From assembly GCF_000372725.1 (NCBI RefSeq), contig NW_005201192.1, forward strand, positions 1,066,758 through 1,090,124: a stretch of DNA of 23,367 nt, read 5' to 3'. Below, one piece after another: positions 1 to 12,213 of the stretch; the stretch's first letter is position 1, and the number at the start of each line of letters is the position of its first letter. Both the position numbers and the translations under genes were made by a program. The stretch comes from Emiliania huxleyi CCMP1516 (taxonomy: Eukaryota). Below the pieces are notes generated by a model. It was given only the letters and a program-made list of their open reading frames with translations, was not told where the DNA came from and searched no databases.

Positions 1-374
1 ACCTTGTCGAGGCGAGCTATGGCGAAGACAAGCCGGACGGGCATGCAGAGGCGCTGATGGAGGCGCGCCTCCAGAGCTTTGCCCAGCTCGTGCACTCGTC
101 ACGGCAAGCAGAGGCTTCGACGCCGCTAGCTGCACCACTGGTGAGCGGGTCGGGCGCAGATGTAGAGGAGGAGGTGGCCTCCGGGGCACTGGTGGGTGAT
201 GCGCAACTGCGGCGGCTGGAGGCGGTGCTGGACCGGCGTCTGGCCACTATGGATGCGCGGCTCGCGAAGCTCGAGGCGGCGCTGGTGCACCGACTGTCGT
301 CCCGCAGCGCATCCCGCAAGTCGCTCGTCTACGCGGGCTCTCTCGGCTACGGGACCGGCCCCAGCTTCGGCTGA
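1..374 (+). CDS. 3' end of a gene entering from the left; hypothetical protein with a C-terminal coiled-coil-like segment
   Basis: Frame open from position 3 (LVEASYGEDKPDG...) to TGA at 372-374; heptad-like LRRLEAVLDRRLATMDARLAKLEAAL. Confidence 0.55.
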   Translation, partial: LVEASYGEDKPDGHAEALMEARLQSFAQLVHSSRQAEASTPLAAPLVSGSGADVEEEVASGALVGDAQLRRLEAVLDRRLATMDARLAKLEAALVHRLSSRSASRKSLVYAGSLGYGTGPSFG

Positions 375-470
375 GGGCTAACAAGCTGCCGAGCCCAAAT
401 CACTGTGAGAGGCGTGATTTCTTGTTGGTTTTCTAAAATCTCTCTCTCTGAAGAACAACATCTCTCTCTC

Positions 471-584
<114 letters not shown>

Positions 585-622
585 GAAAATGTTCATGAAG
601 GTGCGCGGCATGGAGAGAGCAT

Positions 623-1817
623 TGCCGCTCACGCCGCCTCTCTCGTACGTCGCGTTGACCCGCCCGCCGCCCTCAAGCCACGCCAGCACCGCCTCCTCCT
701 CGCCTCGCCCAGCCGCTGCCACGACCGCATCGGGGGCTGCCAGGACCACGCTCGGCGCCCGCCCTTCCGCCACCGCTGGAGATTGCGTCTCCGCGACTCT
801 CGATCCGGCCGAGGAAGCGCCGCCGGAGGAAGTGCCGCCTGCGCCTTCGCCGCCGGCTGCCGTCACCGCGGGCCGTCCCGCCACCACCTCCTGGAGGTGC
901 TTCTTGAAGGCCTCGACGCACTCGGCGTGGCCCTTCTCCTTGGCAACCTGCAGCGCTGTCTTGCCGCCCCTTGGCAACCCGTCTCTAGAGCGCCCCTTCC
1001 TATCTGCTCCCGCCCGCAGCAGGCGGAGCACGACGGCGGGGCGGTTGAAGAAGGCGGCGCCGATCAGCGCAGTCCAGCCGTCGCAATTCTGCAGGTTGAC
1101 CTCCGCGCCGTGCTGCATGAGCAGCTCGACCACCCGCTCGTGACCTTTGTTGGCGGCGTACATCAGCGCGGTGTTGCCCTGGCTGTTCTGCAGGTTTATC
1201 TCAGCCCCGTGCAGCAGCAGCAGCTCGATCACCCGCTCGTGGCCGTTGTTGGCGGCGCGCATCAGCGCGGTGACGCCGATGCTGTTCCGCAGGTTGACCT
1301 CCGCGCCGTGCCGAATCAGCTTCTCAACCACCCGCTCTTGGCCGTAAAGGGCGGCGTACATCAGCGCGGCGAGGCCGCTGCTGCTCTGCTGGTTGATCTT
1401 CGCCCCGTGCCGAATAAGCGACTCGACCACCCGCTCGTGGCCGTGGCTGGCGGCGAACATCAGCAGCGTGATGCCGCTCACGCCGCCTCTCTCGCACGTC
1501 GCGTCGGCCCGCCCGCCGCCCTCAAGCCACGCCAGCACCGCCTCCTCCTCGCCACGCTCAGCCGCTGCCACGATCTCATCGGATACCGCCGCGGCACCGC
1601 TCGACGCCCGCTCCGCCGCCGCCGGCGACAGATTGCCCGGCCGCACCCGCACGCTCTCGCCGCTGACCTCGAGCGCCACAGCGTACCGCCCGCCCTCGAA
1701 GCTCCGCGCCACGCCCCGCTGCCCGTTCAGCTCGGGGCGGGAGGAGAGCCCGCCGAGCACGACTCGCTGGCCGAGCAGCGGCGCGTCGGCAGGCGACGTG
1801 CCGGCTTCGTGCTGCAT
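623..1817 (-). pseudogene. Ankyrin-repeat protein with N-terminal SH3/KOW-like module, truncated in its second ankyrin module
   Basis: ATG at 1817 (MQHEAG...); GQRVVLGGLSSRPELNGQRG...GRYAV...VRPGNL module; about 6 ankyrin repeats (G.TALM.AA..GHERVV.LL..HGAE.N). The second module copies the first up to GGVSG, then breaks at ~623 into unrelated TC-repeat sequence. Confidence 0.75.
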
Positions 1818-1875
1818 CGCCACCCACTCGTGCTGTTTCTTTTGAGCAGGCGCAGGCGCGGAGGGGGGCAGAGCC

Positions 1876-1961
1876 TGTAGAGGATGTAGAGTGTAGAGCG
1901 CTGTAGAGCTGTAGAGATGTAGAGCGCTCTGGAGCGCTGTAGAGCTGTAGAGCTCTACATC
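1876..1961. repeat. TGTAGAG-based tandem repeat ending in an inverted CTCTACA
   Basis: About 8 imperfect TGTAGAG units just upstream of the first ankyrin gene. Confidence 0.85.
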
Positions 1962-2778
1962 CGCCGCGTGACGAACTGCCTGTGTTCGGCTGAGGGCTGA
2001 GGTAGAGCCCGACCGACAAGAGCTTGCCGAGCCTGACCTCCCGAAGGCGATGCGCGAACCGCGAGAAGGAGCGGTGCCGGTGGGGTCCTCACCCCGGCGG
2101 CCCACGCACGCCGTCTGAGCCCCTAGGCCTAGCGCAGCGCGAACTCGCTCTGAGCCTAGCGCAGCGCGAGATTTGCGCAGCAACCTGGCCGGGCAACCCT
2201 TACTTACGAAGAAAGTTATAAAAATCTTTAATCATCAGGGTAACAGGGACGTCAAAGACAGTGGTCAGTACACTCTCAGCTCAGCACAAGGAGCACGCAC
2301 CACAGCTTGTTTGTGGGAGGGGGCGCATGTGCACGTGCATTAGCTGTGTCGTAAGGCGCGATACTCTCAACTCTGCCGCGCGGAGAGGGGAGGGGGGGGC
2401 GAATTCACCGCCTGCTCCCGTCACTCTGGCCCGCAATACTTCTGGAGGATGGCGGGCTCGGAGAAGGTCAGGAAGCAGTCCCGGGGGCCTATTCACACTT
2501 GCGGCCGTGAAGCTTTGACGCGACTGTGGGTGCTCACGTGAGCTGGGAAGGGGCTGGCTGGGTGGCTCGTTCGTGGGGGGCAAAGTGTGCTCGTCGCTTT
2601 CCTCTTGCGATCTGTCTATCATTGAGCATGGCGGGGCGCCGCCGGGGATACCGGCGAGTGTCTTGTCTTGTGGTTCTGTGTGTCGCTCCTGTGTGACCGT
2701 CAACGCCCGTCTTGCGTCCACCCATACCGCGTTGGTGTCCCAGCCGTTGGTCGGACTGTGTTTCGCCTTCCCATCTAT

Positions 2779-3302
2779 CTATCTACCGGCTTCGAGGGGC
2801 AGGATGCTGATGCCCTCCGGCTTGGACTTTGTGGGGACCGAGAGGGCGAGGGGCGGTCCAACAAGAGTGCCGTCGGGTCGCATGAGCAGCACCTGCTTCG
2901 ACTTGTCCGAGATGACGAGGAGGCGGTCGCCGTCTGTACCCGGACCTGCGCCCGGGACGTGGGAGATGCCCGCGACGTCTCCGACCGACGTCACGGTGGC
3001 GAGGAGCCGCTTGGCGTTCGGCGGCTGGCGGTCCATCCGCAGGGCCAGCGCGGGTTCCTTCTCCTTGAGAAAGTAGAAGGCGTCCTCGCCGGGGGAGTAC
3101 GTCACTCCCTCCACTCCGCCCGCCGTCTGGGTAAGGTCACTTCCGTACCCCGTCTGGTGCACCTGAGGCAAGGTCAGGTACACTTCTCCACACACACGAG
3201 GTGGTGGGGCAAGGGCCAGGCTGTCCCTCGCGTCTGACTCCACGTCTAACGACAGGAGCCCCACGGCATTCAAAGTGCAAGGCCCGGTGCGCGTGGGTGA
3301 GC

Positions 3303-3351
<49 letters not shown>

Positions 3352-3639
3352 CTTGCTCGCGCCGGCACGGTCGATGACTCCCCCGCCCGAAGACACGGCC
3401 GGCAGCGTCACCTGAGGGAGGAGAGGGGAGGCAGAGAGGGGCTGAGCGATGCAGGCTGAGAGAGGCTGAGAGAGGCTGTGGCCGAGACCGGGTGAGAGAC
3501 ATACTGCTGCTGGTGCTGCTGCTGGTGCTGCTGCTGGTGCTGCTGCTGGTGCTGCTGCTGGTGCTGCTGCTGGTGCTGCTGCTGGTGCTGCTGCTGGTGC
3601 TGCTGCTGGTGCTGCTGCTGGTGCTGCTGGTGCTGCTGG

Positions 3640-3671
<32 letters not shown>

Positions 3672-4666
3672 CTGCTGCGGGTGCTGCGGGTGCGGGTGCT
3701 GCTGCGGTTGCAGTCTGCACCTCCACAAGTGCGCCGCTCCGCTCCTCGGCGAGGACGACGGCTCGCCCGCGGAGCAGCGCCACGCCCTCCGTGTCCACAA
3801 AGTTCGTCAGCGGGTAGACGGCGGCGAGCGATGGCCCGCCCGTGGCCTGAAAAAAGACACACGCGCGCTCGTCACCACAGCGGGGGGCGGGGGGGCTGTC
3901 GATCTGGGCCTCGAGATATGCGGAGATGTGGGGAGGTGTGGATATCCGCACTACCCCATCTGGGCCTCGACATATGCGGAGATATGGGGAGATATTCCGC
4001 ATCTAGGCTGGCCGCGGGGAGGGTGTACTCGCGCAGCTCCGTCGGCTTGTTGACGACGACGACGAAGCGGAGGGATCCGTCGGGCGTCGCCTCGAGGACC
4101 GCACCGTCCGACAGGTTGTCTGTGATGCCGGCGAGGATCCAGTTTCCGACCCTCCTGAACCCCGACAGAGTGTTCAGCACGGGCCGCGGGGGCGGCGGCG
4201 GCGGCGGAGGCGATGGCGGCGGCGGCGGAAACGGCGGCGGCGGAGGCGGCGGCGGAAGCGGCGGGGGCGGCGCGGGCGGGGGCGGCGATGGTGGGGGCGG
4301 AGGCAATGGCGGGGGCGGAGGCAATGGCGGGGGCGGCGGCGGGGGCGGCGGCGCGGGCGGCGGCGCGGGCGGCGGCTGCGGCGGCGGCGCGGGAGGGTTG
4401 ATGAAGAGGTACGCGTAGAGGTCGAATGGCGGCGGCGACTCGTCCCCTCCCGCCGAACTCTGGCGGCTCCCGCCGCTAAGCCCGGCCACCAGAGGGACGC
4501 CAGCGCTGGCCAGATAGAGGGACGCCAGCAGCGCCGCACTGACGCCCAGTACGAGCCAACCCTGCCGCCACCGGCCTGGCACGTGGGCCTTTGCAGACGG
4601 GCCACCCTCCTGCAGCCGCCGCCAGTTGTCGTCGCCCGGGTTCTTCTCCCTCGACATGATGTGCAC
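2779..4666 (-). CDS. Membrane-anchored Pro-rich protein with an SdiA-regulated/YjiK-like beta-propeller domain (multi-exon)
   Basis: Predicted exons 4666-~4001, 3846-3721, 3411-3352, 3162-2779. Hydrophobic anchor WLVLGVSAALLASLYLA, poly-Pro stalk, then ITDNLS, VVNKPTELREY, DTEGVA, GVEGVTY..EDAFYFLKEKEP, DVAGISH, LLVISDKS, KPEGI, typical of YjiK-like propellers. First donor site uncertain. Confidence 0.7.
3163..3351 (-). mobile_element. Intron formed by the retroposon 3'-tail family (subfamily B), GC-AG, with (CA)n at its 5' end
   Basis: Minus strand: AAG|GCGCGCAC(AC)n CGCTCACCCACGCGCACCGGGCC..GCACTTTGAATGCCGTGGGGCTCC...GTGTGTGTGGAGAAGTGTACCTGACCTTGCCTCAG|GTGCAC; homologous to 13653-13795; removal joins RAGASK|VHQTG in frame. 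Confidence 0.8.
3504..3705. repeat. (GCT/GGT)n trinucleotide/12-mer repeat inside predicted intron 3412-3720
   Basis: GCTGCTGCTGGT units; intron GAG|GTGCAG...CTCAG|GTGACG restores SGALVE|VTLP. Confidence 0.9.
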
Positions 4667-4795
4667 CTGACGAAGTGGACAAGTGGAAGCTGTGATCGGC
4701 AGGGGTTTCGACCCGCGGCCGATCGGCTCTGGCGAGCCAGGAATCGCAGATCTCGTTGTTCCGGGAGGCGGCGTGCTTTTCGCGGGGAGTGTGGT

Positions 4796-4863
<68 letters not shown>
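4796..4863. repeat. (CT)n microsatellite
   Basis: Perfect CT run. Confidence 0.97.
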
Positions 4864-4866
<3 letters not shown>

Positions 4867-4961
4867 TGCTTACCTGTGGTGTGCGTTTTTGTGAATATCG
4901 CGGTCAAGCACGCCCGCCGTCTTTAGGCGCTGTACAGTTGTATTACGCGAGTGGACCCCAA

Positions 4962-5610
4962 TGTGTGTGTGTGTGTGTGTGACACTCACACAAAAACACA
5001 ACCCCGGCCCCCCAAGACGCACAAGCTCAGACCGAGAAAGGGATAGACAGCAGCGACACTGCGACAGTCAGAAAGAAGTCAGCGATGGGTCCCAGGAAGG
5101 CGAATGCGATGACGGCCTCTAGTGTGAGCTCTAGCTAGTGAGCTCATCGCTACTAACTATGTATATGCAGCGAGTTAGGAGCCGACCGACCGACCCTCGC
5201 GTCCGGTGCTCACCGACGGCCGGGCGGGCCACCCGCCCACGCGCCGCCTACGTACGGCTACGCGCAGCGCGTGCGCCGCAAACTCGCCAGCCGAGAGCGC
5301 CGGCCAGTCGCCATCGGCCGTCGCGAGAGGCCTGCCCGGCTGTCGCCGCGGGGCCCCCACGAACACCACGCGTCGGATGCGGTGCCGCGCGAACTCGCGC
5401 GCAAAGTGCACGCCCCACGCCCGCCGCAGCGTCGTAGCGAAGTAGGACCGCGCCTCCTTCGCGCTACGCGCGCCGATCCGCCTCCAGTGCTGCTTGGATG
5501 CCGACTCCACCACACAGTCGAACAGCTGGTGCAGGTCGTCCGACGCCTCCGCGTAGGCCCCGACAACGAGGCTGCGCACGGTGCCAAACGAGCGCAGCAC
5601 GGACGCCAAG
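4962..5610 (-). mobile_element. 5'-truncated non-LTR retrotransposon relic (C-terminus resembling RLE/CRE-type ORFs) with 3' UTR and (CA)n tail
   Basis: LRSFGTVRSLVVGAYAEASDDLHQL...WRRIGARSAKEAR...RRAWG resembles from memory the post-endonuclease C-terminus of RLE-type LINEs; stop at 5175, ~190-nt UTR, then (CA)n at ~4962-4981 on the minus strand. No TSD found. Confidence 0.5.
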
Positions 5611-7094
5611 GCGAGCCTCGTGCCGTGCCCAAGACGCACCCGAGATCCAGCGGAGGGATGTGACGCACCTCCCCCCCCCTCCCCCGTCAAGCGGAGGGTG
5701 AACCCCCCTCCCCCCCCCTCCACCTCCCCTGTCCAAGGTGAGCGAGGTGTACGAGGCGCGCTTGGCGCGCGCGCGGATGGACAAGGCGGAGCGCGAGGCG
5801 TAGCTCGATGGTGCGCGTGTGCCCACACGGAGGCCCCCGCCCCGGTGACGAGTGGGCGCGCTCTCTACACTGGCGCGTCGATCATCGCTCGCGAACGAGA
5901 CGGAGGCGAGCCGCCTCTCTCTGCCGGCTGGTCGGCGCTGGCCTGTCCCTGTTTCTGTCGGCTCTGACTGGTACGGCTTTAAATGTACGTGGCTGGGTTC
6001 ACAGCGATTGTAGGAAAACGAAGGGACCAAATCACGGTCGCGGCCTTCCGACTCGCGCCTCCGCCTCACTGGCACTAGGAATCCTATTGTAGCCCTGGCC
6101 GGTGCGCGTGCGGAGTTGAAGTTCCGGAGTAAAAATTCCAACGCGTTCTCTCACGGTGACCAAAAAATGTCCACCTCAGAGGCACCTCCGGAGGCAGGCC
6201 GCCGCACGCCGGCGACACAGCTCCAGCTGTCGAACTGACCCGCAGCTCCTCTCAGAGCGGGAACTGTGACGAAAGTTGACTGAGGCGGTTGTCAGGAATC
6301 ATCATACGGATCACATGGTTGCTCTTTGATGACGGGATACCGCCCGACCACTCCTGGGTGGCACTGCCACCGGTGTCGCTCGACGTCCTGTCGACAGCGT
6401 GCCGACAGCGACACAGACCATGTGGGACGCGTCGAGTATCGACCTCTACTGCTTACCCAGCCTTCGAGTGTATCCTGGCTGTGGTCCCACACCCACTGGT
6501 GTCCATCTCAGAGACCGCAGGAGGTCATGAGGGTCGATGGGAGTGCCAACCCCACAATGCCTAAAAACCCAGCCCAGTATCTCTATCTGCCTCTGCCCAT
6601 GCCCCTGTCTCTCTAGAGCCCAGTGGGCCACTGTCTCTGCCTCTTGTCTCTGTCTATGCCAATGTACATATGCATATGACGTCGCTAGCTGTACGTCGCT
6701 AGCTAGTACGTGTGTGTGTCATGTGATGTTGGCCCATCTCTATGTGTGGCTTGTGGTTGTGGTCGCTGTCGCGGTGCACGAGTGGTGTGTGGCCGCTCGC
6801 GCGGAGGGCCCCTGAAGCAGAACCAACAACGACACTCAAATTGACCACCACGGGACTATGCAGCGAGCTCCACCCCTCCCACAAAAGCGTCCTCTCACTC
6901 TCGCCCTTTTTCAGCGATGGAGATCGCATCGCGGAGCCCCCCTGAACAGACAAGACCACGGGACAGCGAGCTCACCCCCCCTCCTCCCTGTACCCACCTT
7001 CTTCCCAGCACATGCCTTCAACCACGATCCGTGCGCCGGCGCCAGTAGCAGTACTGTACTTGGATGCTGTCAGGTTGCTGTCCTTTGCGCGCGG

Positions 7095-7203
7095 CTAGTC
7101 GGCATCCGCCTTGGCCCTCGCAGCGGCCGCTGACGCGCGCCTCGCCTTGCCGGCAGCCAGTGCCGCCTCCGCCGCCTCCGCCGCCTCTGCCGCCGCCGCC
7201 GCA

Positions 7204-7235
<32 letters not shown>

Positions 7236-9089
7236 AGCCGCGGCGGCCGCCTCCTCCTCTGCCGCTGCCAGAGCGTCGGCCTCGGCTTCAGCCTCCCGGC
7301 GCGCCTCCGCTGCCACCAAGGCTGCCTCCTCACCCGCCTCTGCCGTCTCCTCCTCGCTCGCCTCGCCTGCCGCCTCGGCCTCCTCTCCCAACGCCTCCGC
7401 CAACCCCGCGACCGACGTCTCCGCCGTGATGCCGTACCGAATCCGCTCCTCGTGGAGCGTCTCGAGAAGCCTGATCAACCCCTCCCTGTCCAGCTTCGCG
7501 GGCTTGGCTGCGTCTGCCTCTGACGGCGCCTCGGACTCCTGCGACGGCCCAGCGCCGCCGCTCCCGCCGCCCTTCTTCTTCTTCTTGCCCTTCTTGCCCT
7601 TGCCGCGCTTCTCCGCCTCGACCTCCGCCAGCAGCTCCTCGGCGTGCCGCGCCGCCTCCGCCTCCGCCGCCGCCCGCTCCGCCGCCCTCTCCGCCGCCCC
7701 CGCAGCCCACGCCGCCTCCTTCGCCGCCTTCTCGGCCGCCGCCTTGGCCGCCGCATGCTCCTCGAGGGCACGCACGCACTCGGCGTGGCCCTCCTGCTTG
7801 GCAATCTGCAGCGCCGTGAGCCCACTCACCGAGCGCAGCTCCGTGTCGGCGCCCGCCCGCAGCAGGCAGAGTACGGCCGCTGGGTGGTTCATGAAAGCGG
7901 CGATCATCAGCGCGGTGCGGCCGACGCTGGTCTGAAGGTTGATCTCCGCGCCGTGCCGCAGCAGCTCGACCACCCGCTCGTGGCCGTTGAGGGCAGCGCC
8001 CATCAGCGCGGTGCTGCCGACGCTGTTCTGAAGGTCGATCGAAGCGCCACGCTGCAGCAACGCCACGGCCAGCCGCTCGTGGCCGTAGAAGGCGGCGGCC
8101 ATCAGCAGCGTAGAGCCGCTCACACCCACAAGAGTGAAAGTCGCGTCCACCCGCCCGCCGCCGTCGAGCCACGCCAGCACCGCCTCGTCGCCCTCCTCAG
8201 CCGCCTCCACGACCTCCTCGGGGACGGCATCCTCGTCCGTTCCGCTCTCCATGCCGCCAGAAGAGGGCGCGGCAGTTGGTGCCGCCGCTGCCCCCTTGCC
8301 CGAGGCGGCATCGCCGTCCGCCCCTGCGCCGCCCGCCTCGCTGATCTCCTCGGGAACAGGCCCGCTGCTGCCGTCCGAAGCGCTGCCTGCCCCCGCGCCG
8401 CCCGCCTCGACCGCCGCCGCGTCGCGCCTCTCCGCCGCCACCTCGCCGAGAAACGTCTTGACGGCGGCGACGCACTCGGTGTGACCCTTCTCCTTGGCGA
8501 TCTGCAGTGCCGTCTTGTCCGCCGTGCGCAGCGTCATGTCTGCGCCCGCCCGCAGCAACTGGAGCAGAACAGCAGGGTGGCCGTAGAAGGCGGCGCCCGT
8601 GAGCGCAGTGCAGCCGCCGACGTCCTGCAGGTCGACCTCTGCGCCGTGCCGCAGAAGCAAGTCGACCACCCGCTCGTAGCCTTGGTTGGCGGCGAGCATC
8701 AGCGCGGTGATACCGCGGCTACTCTGCAGGTTGATCTCCGCGCCGTGCCGCAGCAGCTTCTCGACCACCTGCACGTGGCCTTCGTTGGCGGCGGCCATCA
8801 CCGCCGCAAAGCCTTTGCTGTTTTGCGCGTCCACCTTCGCGCCCCGCTTCAGCAGAACCTCGACCAGCTGCTTGTGACCTTCGGTGGCGGCGATCGCCAG
8901 GAGCGTAAAGCCACTCACACCGCCACGCACGCACGTCACGTCAGCCCGCCCGTCCCCGGCGAGCCACGTCTGCACCACGCCCGCCTTGCCGTCCGCCGCC
9001 GCGGCTTGGATCTTTTTCGGCAGCGCGAGCAGCGCAGCCTGTGGCGCCGTTGAAGCGCGCCCTTTGCCAGCTCCGGTTCGGCCGGGCAT
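7095..9089 (-). CDS. Intronless ankyrin-repeat protein (two ankyrin modules, Lys-rich motif, Ala/Glu-rich coiled tail)
   Basis: 664-aa ORF with about 10 ankyrin repeats; KRGKGKKGKKKKK; close paralog of the gene at 623-1817 (WL.GGGR.DAT..GVSG.TLL module). Confidence 0.88.
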
Positions 9090-9164
9090 GGGAGCGCTCG
9101 CGCCCCGCCCCCCCCAGCAGTTTGTTGGAATAAAGAATTCCTTTGAATAGAGAAAATTAAACTC

Positions 9165-9267
9165 CCTCGCACAACACTGGGCACGGGACTGGCGCGCACT
9201 GGCACTAACACAGTTGGAATAAAGAAATGCGTCTGGTAGCTAGTCCCGTGCCCAGTGTCGTGCGAGG
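9165..9267. repeat. 26-bp inverted repeat (MITE-like/hairpin) with a 14-bp direct repeat
   Basis: CCTCGCACAACACTGGGCACGGGACT (9165-9190) vs AGTCCCGTGCCCAGTGTCGTGCGAGG (9242-9267), 1 mismatch; GTTGGAATAAAGAA at 9124 and 9213. Confidence 0.85.
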
Positions 9268-9979
9268 AGCTATGTCGTAAATTTCTTAGCCCAGTCTTAC
9301 CGCAAGGATTGGTGTAACGCGATCCACGCAGGCGCGTTTCTGACGGCCGACCGTCAGTGTGGTGCGCGGAGTCGCCCCCAGGCCTTCTCCGACTACATGT
9401 ACGCCCGCCCGCGACTGACTGTCGGTCGGCTAGAGCTAGTGTCTCTCCTGCCTGAGGCTGAGGCCGCGGCGCGCGGGAGAGACCCCTGCCCCCACCGGAC
9501 CTATAGCGTGGTGGGGAGGAGAGGGGCTCGCTGCGAGGAAGGGCGGTGTCTAAGACGGGCCGCCAATTCCCCATGTGCAAAGCCCGTCCCACCCCTTCGT
9601 CCCCCGCGCCATCGGGCCCCGCCGCTTAAACGGCGGGCGGGGGGGCATGGGGACGATTACGTCACGGTTTCGTGTGACGGCCTCGAAGCCAAAAAAGGTT
9701 GCGGTTGTTTTCCCAGGATGACGTGTCAGCTGAACCTGTGAAGGGCCCAGGTACGATCGTACGAAGATTCTCAAGCAATTCATAATTAAGTGAGGACGTG
9801 TCAGTTGTGAAGGGCCTGCTTACCTCGCCTCGTGCGACTTCTAAAATTCTTCTACTCGAGTACGCCCGCCGCCAGTCTGCAGGTCTCGATTCACGCAGAC
9901 ACAGCTCCGGTTCCTGTTCGGTCCTTGCACGCTAAGCGCAGACAGCAGCTCTCAAACTGCTTTTAGTAGGCATCGCGGG

Positions 9980-12213
9980 ATGTTTCCACGTGGACTTAAC
10001 ATGGCGGGCCGCTCCCGGAGCTTCTCGTCGTTTTTCGAAGGGCTCGGCTTGGATCCGCCAAAGGCCGGCAAGCGCCGCACGGCTGAGCGGATGGACCCCA
10101 AGACGTTCTTTGCAAACGAGCGCACCTTCGCGCAGTGGCAGGCCGCGGGCATGCTCCTCCTCACCGTCGGCATCGCTGTCACCAAGCTCGAGGATTCATT
10201 CGACACCGACCAGCTCGGCGGCATGACCGTCATCGGCTGCTCGCTTGTGATTATGCTGTACGGCCTCGTCTCTTTCCTGCACCGGCTCAAAAAGATTAAG
10301 CGCAAGGACCCGACCGGGTATGACGACCCGCTCGGCCCCGTCGCGCTCATCTTCGTCCTCTTCGCCGCAGTTGCCCTGTACCTCCGCCGCATGTACGGCT
10401 TCAATTGGGACACTGAAGGCATGCTCACGGCCGACACGCCCTTCTTCGAGGCCTTCAAGGTGCCGCTTACCCCCCCCCCCTCCCTCCCTTTCTCGTCTTC
10501 TCTTCACAGCTGCTGCGTCTGTGAGCAGGTCCCCCTTGCCCCATCGCACTTTGCGGACGAGGCGGCCGCCGTCGAGGTGGTGGCGAGGGCGCTGCAGGCT
10601 TCGGCCGCCGTCGCGTCGGTCACACCCCTTTCGCATGAGACAGCTTCCGAGTCCTGCCACTCACGAGTCATGGTTGTAGTGATTGGGGCCGGCATAGGTC
10701 ACTCTCGCAAACGCGACCTTTGAGCTCCTGCGCCGCACGCACCTCGACACGCACCACGCGACTCCTCTCCACTCCTTCCGAGAGATTTTCAACGCCAGCG
10801 GCACGGCGGTCACGCTCACCACGCTGCTGACGGCCGCGGGAGCGCGCCGCAAGAGCCGCAGCTTTGGCTCCGGGAGCGGCAAGGGGACGCTGACAGGCCT
10901 GGCGATGAGCATCCGCGGTGGCGACTTTGCGGAGCTCGCCTCCACCGCCGCAAACTGCGTTGGACGGTCGCGGCGCAACGGCGCGAAATCACATCTGAAA
11001 TGACTCAAGGTGGTACAGTGGACACCAGTTGCGTATCTAGGTACGCGGCGCACTGCGACGTCAGGATCGTGCGGACCTCGCACGCGATGGCGAGGGAGCT
11101 CACGGTCACGCGCGTGCCGCACACGGCGTCGGTCACGTCGGTCCGCGGCGGCCTGAATGTGGGCACTCCATGGAGTGAGTACGTCTCATCAGCGTCATGC
11201 TCGAATGAGTAGGCTGCCGACTTGGGCTTCGTCCGACACGTCAAGCATCATCACGCCCCATTCCAGTCATCTGATCCTGAGTAGGTTGGCGATCAAACTA
11301 TGTATATATACTTTTGTCTCTGGTGATGCCGCCTTTCCCTGAGAACGCACACAACGCCTCGTGTGTAATGCCCTGTGTTCCGCGAGTGCGCGTGCCCCGT
11401 CGTCCATGCTAGGACGTGTGTAACACTGACTGACTGACTGTAGGTTGGCGATCTACGCGGGTACTTTGCCCTGCCGCGCGACGTGGGCGGCAGTATGCGC
11501 GCCGCGCCCTTTCTGACCGCGCGGTGCCGCCCCCTTCAACCAGTGTCATCCACAAACCTCTGGGTTCGATTCTCAGCCCGCCCGACGCCACTGCCCTAGG
11601 TGGTCACCGCTCCTGCCCGCCCGCCCCTCCTGCTCGGACGGCGAGCGGTTGTACGTGGTGGGCGAGCACTACTATTGGAGGGTGCGGCCCACAGTCCATG
11701 TTCACATCACCGCGCATTGCGCGCGGCGCGCCTCGCCTGTTTCAATGCGTCGACCTGGCCTTAGGTGCGGCTCCCGTTCTCTCTCGCGGCGGCGCCGGAG
11801 TCTCGCCTCGTCGCGTCGCTTACCACACGGTATGACACGCCGCAGCTGGCGGTGCGGCCGGACCGGGCGCCGCGCGAGGACTCGGAGCTGTCCTTCCGGC
11901 TCGCCAGCCAGGCTCGCGCGTCATGGATCACGAATAGTAGTCGGTGTGATGAACGCATCGCCCGCCCCTCCTCTTCATCGGACGCCGCCCGCCCTCGTCA
12001 TCGCCGCGCCCCTCCTCAAGCCAGGGCCCCCGGCCTCGAGCTTAGAGCCATAGCGGACCGGCGACCCCCTCCCAACCTTCTCGGAACCTTCTCGGAACCC
12101 TCCCGCAGGCTCCCGACGTCACGCCCGAGGGCGGCGACCTCGCCGGCCCCTCCCTCCTCGCCGCGCGTGCGCTCTACAGCGAGCTGCGCAGCGCGCCTTG
12201 GGCAGCACCGTAA
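9980..12213 (+). CDS. VTC1-like DUF202 three-TM protein with long C-terminal CYTH-like domain (paralog 1, 8 predicted exons)
   Basis: MDPKTFFANERTFAQW...KKIKRKDPTGYDDPLGP is the VTC transmembrane signature. Predicted introns 10460-10528, 10619-10697, 10967-11040, 11141-11443, ~11483-11599, 11682-11764, 11912-12108; TAA 12211-12213. Aligns with the paralog at 16078-18354; frame across 11600-11640 is unresolved. Confidence 0.8.

Noticed and set aside
3137..3862. Poly-Q, poly-S and poly-LV ORFs
   Set aside because: Alternative frames of an intronic trinucleotide repeat.
4962..5610. LINE relic as the autonomous partner of the intron-forming element
   Set aside because: Its 3' UTR and (CA)n tail show no visible similarity to the hairpin/(CCTTA)n tail.
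6290..6834. Possible solo LTR (TGTC...GACA)
   Set aside because: Flanks GCGGT and CTCAA do not form a TSD, and there is no second copy or primer-binding site.
7111..9053. Long plus-strand ORFs opposite the ankyrin gene
   Set aside because: Antisense shadows caused by high GC and repetitive coding sequence.
9720..9817. GACGTGTCAG...TGTGAAGGGCC direct repeat and nearby CACGTG as a phosphate-response element
   Set aside because: The repeat is real, but no regulatory function can be supported from sequence alone.
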